This document shows positions 55,140 through 64,000 of a stretch of DNA of 64,000 nt, piece by piece. Position 1 is the stretch's first letter. Every line of letters starts with the position of its first letter. Location: contig MU061464.1 in assembly GCA_013265495.1 (NCBI GenBank), positions 372,001-436,000 of the forward strand, in the 5' to 3' direction. The stretch is from Vicugna vicugna (Eukaryota). The notes under the pieces are model-generated. The model saw only the letters and a program-made list of their open reading frames with translations, did not search any database and was not told the DNA's origin. Position numbers and translations under genes: made by a program.

Positions 55140-56120
55140 GAAATGTGTCTTTTAATATTCGTTCGTCTATCAAGTATCCATTGATGGAGCAGGCTAGGTG
55201 GTAACACAGTAGTGGGTAATGTGAACACGTCCCTGCCTTCATACAGCCTACACGCCAGTGGGGAAGCACAGGAAAGAAATTAGTTAACAAGTGGGGTATT
55301 TTCATCTAAAGTTAATTGCTGTGAGAAAAATCAGATACGCAGCGCAAGAGAGAATGACTTGGGGGCTGGGCTAGACTGGGGGCGAGGTTAGACTGAGATC
55401 TAAGGATCTCGCAGCTAAGCTAGACCCCCTCACACTGTGGCTGGCATAAGAATTACCCGGCGGTCTTGTTTAAATGCAGGTTCTGGTTTAGTGGCTGAGG
55501 CATTTTCCCCAAACTTTGCCTTTCTTACGAGGTCTCAAGCGATACTTCGGCTGGTAGTCCGTGAGCACTTGTTGGCTAGAGAGGGTAACATCAGAGTCTA
55601 GAGTTCCAGGAAGAGGAAACAGTGATCGCATAAGTGCCGAGGTGAGAAGAAGTTTGAGATTTGGGTTATAGACACCGTTTTATAGACGCTGGGAGCCGTG
55701 AGTGAGGGACGAGGGCTTAGGATGAGAGCAAAGAAGAGGGCAAGCCATGGGGCCGAAAGGCCTGGAGTCTGCGCTCTGTCTCAGCGTGACGGAAGACACT
55801 GGAAGACTTCAAGGGGCGAGGAGCAACACGATCAGATTCAAGCTCTTGAAGATCAACCTGGCTGTGAGAAGAATGAATTTCAGAGGAGCAAGAGGGGAAG
55901 TAGAGGCCTGGGGAGGCCCGAGTAGCAGTCCTTGTGCAAGGTGCTGGCGGCTTGGACCAGTGGCCACAGAGAGGAGGGAAAGCCTGATTGTGACCTAATG
56001 GCAGAGCCAGTAAGACACACAGTGGGTCGGATACCGCAGCGGCGGGAGAGAGAAATCAAGGGTGCCAACTAGGTTTACGTCTGGATCAACAAGTAGCAGG
56101 TGACATCGTTTCCTGGGATG
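55140..56120 (-). mobile_element. L2 LINE fragments (interrupted by a MER5A-like element)
   Basis: attcgttcgtctatcaagtatccattg...ccctgccttcatacagcctacacgccagtgggg...ttgaagatcaacctggctgtg...ggaggcccgagtagcagtcc. Confidence 0.65.
55420..55575. mobile_element. MER5A-like MITE
   Basis: cacactgtggctggcataagaattacccggcggtcttgtttaaatgcagg...ttgcctttcttacgaggtctcaagcgatac...gtccgtgagcac. Confidence 0.5.
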
Positions 56121-59100
56121 TGAGGCCCAAACCCCCCAAAACTTGTGTTTCTGGGAGATGGATGGCTCTTACGCCTACAGCGCCTGTTAGCGTGTGTGCT
56201 GATGCACATTGCATTCAGGCCGGACTCAGGATGAAGGCAGAGGGCAAATGCACCTCAGGGTTCAGATCACTGGGTAACGGATCACTCGGAGGAGGAGGGG
56301 GAGGAGGAGGAGCCCTGGCACGTGTGGCGAGTGACGGACGCTCTCTGACAAGCAGCGTCTACATTATGCTGCAAGCTGAGGATGCCTTTGCCCAAGTCTG
56401 GAATTTTCCAGTGGAAGGAGATGATTTCCTAGGGCAGGGATGGATGGGAAGTCAGGATATTTCTGAAGACCCACTAGTAAAACAGTGGTGTTTCGCCCTC
56501 AGAGACTGTTCCCTTTTGGATTCCGAGTGACTTCTGTCATTTGAAAGAGTCAAAGAAAAAGATTCATTTTTTTTTCCAGTTGAGCCTCTAACAGATTTCT
56601 CTGATGCCATTAATATGCTCATGTTTCCAGCTGAAGGAACGATTAAGGCTGAAGTGTCGCTCAAGCCCTGTCTTGCCTCACAGAGCTGCCTCCCCCTGAA
56701 CTGGCTTCTTGTCCCTGTCAGGGCTTAGTGGAGCCAGCAGTGAAGGGAAGAGCAGTGGAATCTGGGCTCTTTTCCGTGAACTGTGGCCCCGGCAACCTGC
56801 CCCATGGGGTCCCGGCCCGGCTCGGGCTTCTGGGATCAATCGTTTTGGAAGGTGTCTTCTCCTTTGCTGTCAGGCTGACGTGGCAGAATTAACACTCTGG
56901 GTCAAGCTTTGTTCTAGCATCGTTTCTCAAAGCGAGATTGTGGAAACCACAGGAATTTCTCCCTGGGTGACACAGAACTGCATTTCACTGCCCAGTGCTG
57001 CACGGAGCAGATGCAGACGCTCGCAGATGTTAACCGAATTGCATTTGGATTTCAAGCATCTTCTAGAAATCTTAGATTGGTTTCTTTCATCTTGCAGATA
57101 GGGAGTTGGAAGTGGAGGGGGAGGAGATGGGAGTCTAGCTCCTAGGCAAAAAGACACATGTTAGTCAGGAACCTCACTATTTCCTTTGAAACTGAAGCCG
57201 CCAGTTTCTTAAGAACCCTTTACAGATCAAGGCCCTGAATCCATAAACATTCCATTTGCAATTATCTTGCTGATTGTGCATGTGAACTTCTAAGTCACTA
57301 TTTACAGCTGTGGCAGGATGAGCAGAGATCCTCCCACCCCCACTCCATCTGGGGAGCACTTTGGGGACCAACAGATTCTATCACAGGAAGTGAACAAACA
57401 TTCTCAACTAATGAGGGAAGTTTCTAATGAAGGAAACAAACATGCCTTTATCCCAGTAATGCCAGAAGTTTAATAATAGAGTCAGGCGAAAAATGTCTTA
57501 AAATGCTGAAAAATAATTTGCTCCTGTATTACTGACCTGCACTGTCTTTGGAAGAAGAGTTATTCTGACCTGGGGGACATCGGCCCTTAGGTAAGGCAGG
57601 AAGAGACTCGCCCCCACCAGCAGCCTTCGCTGCCTGGGAGTGAGATGCACTTAAGGTACACGCCGTGTTCCGCCACGAAACCAGCCCACGCTCCCCCCAC
57701 TTCAGAGCGAGCTGCAGGCGGGCAGAGGAATCTTCCATTAACATCCAGCTGAAGCTCAAGGCCTTAATTTTTGCACCTAACAGGAAGAGTCAGCAGCAAC
57801 TGGGGACCACTTCCTCTTGTTCAGAACAGGGCAGAATGGGGCAGTTTTCTGCAGCCAAGGGATGGGGACGTTCCCTAGGGAACTTGGGGGGAGACTCCAA
57901 GAGGAAGACAGCAGGAGCCTGAGGGAGAGAATTAAGAGCCAGGTAGCATCCATTTTGGGGTAGCTCCTGAAGGCCTGGATTGTGAGTCCTGGTCCCGTCT
58001 GCCCACCCCTCCTTTCCCCATGGGTGGTAAGGAGCAGGTTACTAAGACAGGGCTATGACTACCAGTCCTTCTACTAGGAGTGATTTTGCAATACTAACCG
58101 AACTTTTCTGGTTACTCCTTCATCCATGTTCGGAAGGTGTTTGGATTCAGGGAAGTGGGTGTGGACGCTTTGAGAAAGACAACAAACTTCCCGATTGCCT
58201 GGTGGGCCCTGGTGGAGGGGGGTCTCGAGGACACGGGCCAGACTCTCCCTCGTGATTAGGATAAAGAGAAGTTTGCAGGCCAGCAGGCGCCTCCCTAAAA
58301 TAGGGGACAACATGCTTACTTTGCCATGATCCCCCCACAGCTGCTGGCAAAGGTCGTGCACACAGCAGGACAGAAGGGGTTCCTGGGACACCTGGGTCAC
58401 GTGACACTCGATCGCTGTTGTTGTTACAAAGGCTTTTCTTACAGGATTTGTAAACGCTGCGCAGACACCACACTGCTCCCCCCGCGAGCGCTCGTTTAAC
58501 CCCTTCCGACGGCAGACTCCAATCCAGGTTCTAGGGAAATGAATCCTTTTTGGTCTCTGAACTTGGTGACCTCAGTGACCCCAGAACCTGCTGGGGACGA
58601 CAACCATGAAGAGACAGCTCGCTCCCACTCGGTCAGGCTGGAGAAGACACTGCCACAAGAGTCCAGTTAGTTTGCCCCGAGATGATCCAGATCTGAACAG
58701 ACGCAGCAGCAGGAAGCGTGAAACAGGAGAGGGAGGCTGGTCCCAGAGGTCTCTGAAGTTGCTTCAAACGGATCTGACAGGCAGCTGGAGACAGTGGGAA
58801 GGGGGATGTCAAGCCCTGGACCACCACAACCAAGAGAAGACGGTGCGGTGAGGTGGGGCGGGCAGGGAGCAACTGCAGCCATGGCATCAGGGCCTTCAGG
58901 ATCCTGTGTCAGGAGCGAGGGTGTTGTTTCGCCTTTTTGGACGGGGGTGTGTGTGTGTTGGAGGGTTTGCAGGTTCCCAGAAAGGGTGGGGCAGAAGGCT
59001 CGCCTCCGGGAAGGGAAGGGAACGGAGAACATGGGCAGAGTGACTTGTCCAACACCAACAGCAGACGCACTTTTCCCAGGGAGCGCTCACCGAGCTAGCT

Positions 59101-59563
59101 GGTGGCGGGAGCCGCTCAAGACCCGAGCTCCCGGGATCTAACCCGGAGCCTGCTCACGGCGCTGCATGGCTCTCCAATGAAACTGGGCTTCGGAAAGCTG
59201 GGAGTTTGAGCCAACTTGGAGCCGACTTGGGTTTTCTTATTTTCCCAATGTTTGGCAGCGACACTGTAACATGACACTGTGTACCACGTAGGCAAGGCAT
59301 TTGCCTGCCTTACCTGAAACTGAAAAAACACAGTGCTGGTAATGTTACGAGACACTTTAAAAGAAGGTTTTCCTGGCCTTTCTTCTTATCTGTTCACTGC
59401 GCAAGCATTCACTGAGAGTCTCTCATGTTAGAGATTCTCTCTCTGAAGAGTAAGCATAAGAAACAGGAAAAACAATCCTTGCTTTCATAGCACTTATCTT
59501 GCAATTTTATTTTTGTATTTGGAGTGGACTTCAAGGGAACTGAGCGAATTCTTGCCTGCTTCC

Positions 59564-60085
59564 TGTGGCAGCCAGCCTCCAAGGCAGCCTCCAGCGATGC
59601 TTGCCTCCTGCTGGCAGACGCGTGGGTAAGGCCCCCTCTGCTGCCCTGCGGGCCCGTAGGACACCGCGGAAGGGACGGCGTGTGACTTTCAGCTTCACTC
59701 ATGAAAAGCACTGCAGCCTCTGTGATTGCCTCCCTTGGGTCACTCACACGGGGGAGCCTCGTGGAGGGGCCGTGCGTAGGGAGGAGCGGAGGCCTCCTGC
59801 CAACAGCCAGCACAACTTTGCAGCCGTGTGAGCGAGTCTTGGAGGTAACTCAGAACTGGGTCTTTGGTGCTGTCCCAGGACCAGACCCTCCGTCAGGCCT
59901 TCAGGGCGCTGCAGCCTCGGCTGACATCGTGACGGTGGCCTTGTGAGAGGCTCGAGCCCAGACTGCCAGCTGAGCTGCTCTGGGAATTCGGGCCCACAGA
60001 CATGATGAGAAGCAGGCGTCGTCTGTCGGTCTCTGATGCCATAAGCACTGGGGCAGTCTGCGGTGCAGCGGTGGGGGACTGACAC
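59564..60085 (+). mobile_element. MLT1F-like MaLR solo LTR
   Basis: Starts tgtggcagccagcctccaagg; contains ggcctcctgccaacagccagcacaactttgcagccgtgtgagcgag and gctgcagcctcggctgacatc; ends gactgacac. Confidence 0.8.
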
Positions 60086-60689
60086 GCCCCTGAGTTTTAG
60101 GGGGCCTCCCTACAGAGGAGCCCTACAGGCTCCCTGTGAAGAAATTTGCAGGCGTTTCCTGGGAAAAACTGGAAGAGAGGCAATGTTTTCCTGCGCTTCT
60201 GGGTCACAGGGAAAGAGAGTGAACTCTTAGTGGGAAAGGCGCCGTCGAGCATTGGCCATTTCAAACTTACGGATTCTGACAAAGTGTTCCATGTTTTTGG
60301 TGCCATCAGAAATTCAGAGTTTCAAAAGGTGATTAGGAAGAGTATAAAGGAAGTACGTGTTTATTACACGGGAGAGAAGAGAGCCACTGGCGGAGAGAAG
60401 GCAGTCTTCTTGCCTGTAATGAAGGAGACCGAAGAAGTTAACTGAGGGCGGATAAACTCAGCAGAGCGACTGAAAATTTTGCAAGAAGCTTAATGACTGG
60501 GCAAGACTATTTGCTAATAGTTTATTTTCATCAGGAGAAGAAAAACATATTTTGGTAACGTGCCAGCTCTCAACAAGCTGACTTGTGGCAAGTCTTTCTT
60601 CGGGAAAAGAGGTAACTGGGTCTCTCTGGAGTCTCTGCTCCCTCACCACGGCAGCACTGGGGCTGCTCGGCTCACAAGCCCTCTTGTTC

Positions 60690-61020
60690 TCTTTCCCTGC
60701 CGGCACGTGGTGGGCTGTACGTTCCCCCCCGCGGGAAGGTGTCGCCACGCGACTTGCTTTGGCCAACGAAGTGAGTGGGAGCTTTGAAAGTCAGGATGCT
60801 TCACCGTCTGTTTCCCTGTCCTGGCAGCCAGCAGTGCTCCTGCTGGTGGCTGCTCCATTGGCCTGGGGCCTGGAGTGAGGAGGACGATGGTGTGAATAGA
60901 GCCTCCACCCAACAGTGGTCGAGCGTAGGGTGCCTATGAAAGAAATCTTCCAATTTCAGTCACGGGAAATGCAGCGTTGCCCGTAACTACAGCATAATCT
61001 AACCTCTGCCGGCTGAAATG
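60690..61020 (+). mobile_element. MLT1H/MLT1I-like MaLR LTR
   Basis: cgacttgctttggccaacgaagtgag...ggtggctgctccattggcctggggcctggagtgaggagg...gtaactacagcataatctaacc. Confidence 0.6.
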
Positions 61021-61489
61021 CTGCCAGGTGGCCGTGGTTCAGGCTTGCCAGTCCTGCATGGTCAGATGCAGCGTCAGCTGCTCTCCGCTGGTGAAGAAGA
61101 GCTCCTGCGCATGTGAGTCTTGCTGGGAGCCAGGCACCCTCCATCCTGCATCCCAGTGCACTTTCACAGCAGCCCTGAAAGCCAGGTATTGTTGACTGCG
61201 CTTGACCTGTGAGAACTGAGAAGGGACGTGGCTTGCCCAGCTCACGGGCAAGCAGCAGAGCTGGGACAGGAAGCCAGCTTTTCTGAATATAAAACCCAAG
61301 TGGAGTCACTAAGCTGTGCTGGGGCCTCCGGTTACTGACTGGGAACCAAGGTAATTTTAGCTTCCTTGATAACTCAGCTGTGACCTCTTCCTGTGTTAGT
61401 CACCTCTGCATCCTCCCCCTTGTCTTCGCTTTTCTATGTCCTCCGGGAACCCGAGCTGTCGGAAGCTTTCCTTCACCACGTGCCCCCAC

Positions 61490-61760
61490 TTAGAGGTAAT
61501 CGTCACCCTCCCACTGGATGGTGAGGAAATAAATCCTTGGCATGCAGCCCCTGAGAGGTACGCCGAGCATTTTATGTACATTGCGATTTTACTTAGTCCT
61601 TGTTTGAGCTCTGTAGCAGAAGGATTATTAACTCCATGCTAACAGAGGGAAAGTGGGCACGGACAGGCTATAGACATCGTCTAAGGTTTTAGTTAGCAAT
61701 CGTTGGTGGGTGGGTTTCAAATATGTGTCCACCTGACTCCAAACTTCTAGCTCTTTCTAG
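61490..61760 (-). mobile_element. MIR SINE(s)
   Basis: ccatgctaacagaggggaaagtgggcacggacagg...ccacctgactccaaact. Confidence 0.5.
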
Positions 61761-62594
61761 TGCCTTTTCCCACAGTGATATTACCTACATCTCAGTCCTT
61801 AAGGGAAAAAACAAAACAAACAAACAAACAAAACCAGTTGGAGAGGATTAAGGCATCCTCAGCCTGTTTGGTTGGACTTTTCCCTCTGAGATGTAGCCTT
61901 TTTGTGGTCCAAAGTCTGCAAAGATCGAGACCCTATCATCGTGAAAGAACAGGGCCCTCCAAGCTCCTCGGGGTAAATCCAGGACTGAAGGCGTGAAAGC
62001 AGCCAGAAATGGTTATTTAATTTCCATTTTTTGGATTCACATATAGAAAGTGCCCGGTATGTATTTGTTCCTAAATTTCAGTTCTCCAGGGCCTTTGTCA
62101 AGGTCAGCAGCAGACAAACGAGGCTTGCACAGCTGCTGGCTGCCAGGCGGGCTCAGGGATCTGGCTGGGCCTCCCGATGGGCACCTCTGGCCTCTGCACT
62201 TTCCTGGCAGCCTTTTCACATTTGTTTGCACTACCACGGACTGAGTACCAACTTCTTAACCTTGGCTCTACTTCTATGCCTGTTTCACTTCTCTGTAAAT
62301 TAATTGTGCAGGTCCCTGGGAGGAATGGAAGGCGTCATGCTCCTGGGTATTCAGCCTGAAAACGAGCAGTCATTTACTGCTCCTCTTGGGCTCAGCTGCT
62401 TGGGGGTGGATTTGATGTGGTCAGGTCTTAAGTAAGGAAGTAAGTGAGATGCTTCAGTAAGAAAGAGGGCCCACACAACAGAGAATGGTCCCTCATCATG
62501 TGTGATTCTCGAGCGTCCCACCAATCAAAGTCCAAGCAGGTGAAAAATCTGTTTATGACCTAAGACCTAATTCCATTTGTATACACATACGAAG

Positions 62595-63340
62595 CTATGA
62601 AATAACAGAAACCATGTGTGTTGGTTCCGGCTCCCAGTTCCTGGCACAGAGTTCCTTAAACAGTTGGGATTTTCTGGGTGGTAGATGTGGCTTTTGTTCT
62701 AATGAGGTGCCTCGTGGTGGACTCCCGTGTTGCTTCAGGATGGGCTGGTCACCAGAAAGGTCAAGCCATATTAGAATCTTGGAAACTTCACTCACATCCT
62801 CCATCCTCTGCAAAGGCGAGAGGGGCTGGGGATTGAGTTTGTGATTGACCATGCGCATGTGGTGAAGCCGCCATAAAAATCCCCAAAGTGTGGGAGTTGG
62901 AGAGCTTCTGCGCTGGTAAACATGTGGGGGTGCCGTGTAGAGTGGGGGGCGGCCCAGAGGGGGCGTGGAAACACCACACCCATTCCCACGTAGCTCGCCC
63001 CGTGTATCTCTTCACCTGCCTGTTCGTCTACTTCCTTCATCACTTCCTTTATTATGAAGTAAACCAGTTTCCCTGAGTTCTGTGAACTGTTCTAGCAGGT
63101 GATGTAACCCCAGGAGGGCATCCTGAGAACCTCTGGTTTGCAGCCAAGTTGGACGGAAGTGTGGGTAACCTCAGGCCCCACTACTGGCAGGTGGCACCTC
63201 ACGTGGGGCGGGGGCAGGGCCGTGGGGCTGAGCCCTGACCCTGCAGGTCTGTGCTAACTTCAGGTGGTGTCAGAATTGCACTGAGTTGCAGGTATCCAGG
63301 TGGTGCTGGAGAACTGGCTGGTGTGGGAGAAGCAGTTGGG
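62595..63340 (+). mobile_element. MER21B/C-like ERVL solo LTR
   Basis: ccagttcctggcacagagttcctt...gcttcaggatgggctggtcaccagaaagg...gagaggggctggggattgagt...tttccctgagttctgtgaactgttctagca...gtgtcagaattgcactg. Confidence 0.85.
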
Positions 63341-63389
63341 AATGCAATTACCAACGAAAGGGAGGGAAGGTCATATTCTGTTTTATTTG

Positions 63390-63760
63390 GAATTTTATCA
63401 AGAAATGTTCACCGTTTCAGAAGACCACAAAACCTACTGCAAAGCTTGCTGCTTATGACATGTGAGTCACCAGAATGACATCTGTGTCAGTCTGCCTTTG
63501 TAGCTGTCATGTGCAAATACGTAACATAGTAGATTTGACATTCCTTTCCATAGACTTCAGATCCAGCATTTCTAAGCCAACGGAGGCACATAAAATGCGT
63601 TCTTTTGTTTCTTAACGCATTCGTTGTAAGTAAGTGCAACTGACGACTGCAGTGTGTCTTCTGATATAACGTGGTCCAAGCAAAGTCTTCGAATGCATGT
63701 AACTTTATTCTTAATTACTCACCTTTCATTTTTCCTACATGTGATAATCAAGGCTTAGGG
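63390..63760. mobile_element. Possible ancient hAT (Zaphod/Tip100-like) DNA transposon fragment
   Basis: aaaacctactgcaaagctt...gagtcaccagaatgacat...tttgtagctgtcatgtgcaaata...ccatagacttcagatccagc resembles a recalled hAT-Tip100 internal sequence. Confidence 0.3.
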
Positions 63761-64000
63761 CTGAAAATCCCGTGTCCCAGAAAACCCCTGTCTTGGGCAA
63801 ATCAGGACAGTCGGTCACCCTAGATAGCGTCATTTTTTTTCCCTGAAATTATGAGTAGGTATGTTTTATTATATGAGAATTTAATTCCATGACCACAAAG
63901 GACAGGTTACAAAACAGTCGTTGTAAGAAAAGAGTACTGGGTCTGGTAGGGTGGAAAACCATCGCCCTGGAGATAGCCCTGACTCACGGAGCAGTTTAAG

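Noticed and set aside
56360-56530. Protein-looking short reading frames (MLQAEDAFAQVWNFPVEG...; also 60146-60445) as processed pseudogene fragments
   Set aside because: No recognisable parent protein, no poly(A) or TSD. A BLASTX/TBLASTN hit would be needed.
53710-63340. Two co-oriented MER21 LTRs (and two co-oriented MLT1F LTRs) as ends of a provirus
   Set aside because: The intervening DNA contains older L2/MIR relics and no gag/pol remnants, and the copies have different indels. They are independent solo LTRs.
18244-63963. NFAT5/TonEBP ORE matches TGGAAANNYNY (for example 18244, 42479, 52555, about 63953)
   Set aside because: About 8 hits are expected by chance on both strands. There is no clustering, and one hit lies in an L1 relic.

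Overview
Mammalian genomic DNA, most likely a camelid (alpaca or camel). That assignment is inferred from three tRNA-Ala-derived vic-1-like SINEs and the young L1 3' tail, not from a database search. The only recognisable gene is LRRC8D, a volume-regulated anion channel (VRAC) subunit. Its 858-aa CDS lies in a single terminal exon on the + strand (34729-37305), with a splice acceptor 2 nt before the ATG and a 3' UTR with proximal and distal poly(A) signals. Positions 1-34726 are inferred to be the long upstream intron, and about 38200-64000 is repeat-rich downstream DNA (L1, L2, L3, MIR, MaLR/ERV LTRs, hAT) with three N gaps inside a young L1. Most interesting observations: (i) a 127-bp, 88%-identical inverted duplication with a template-switch-like junction about 4 kb downstream of the gene; (ii) several signs of AT-to-GC-biased evolution, including CpG-rich ancient repeats, a GC3 drop within the exon and T-to-C replacements at conserved transmembrane residues; (iii) a GC hairpin 10 nt after the stop codon; (iv) two identical CTGGGTCACGTGAC CLEAR/E-box motifs; (v) a 39-bp L1 stub with target-site duplication (TSD); (vi) candidate 5' UTR cassette exons, one of which would create an overlapping uORF. 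No convincing new gene or multi-gene system was found. Repeat subfamily names and human comparisons come from recalled sequences and need verification.
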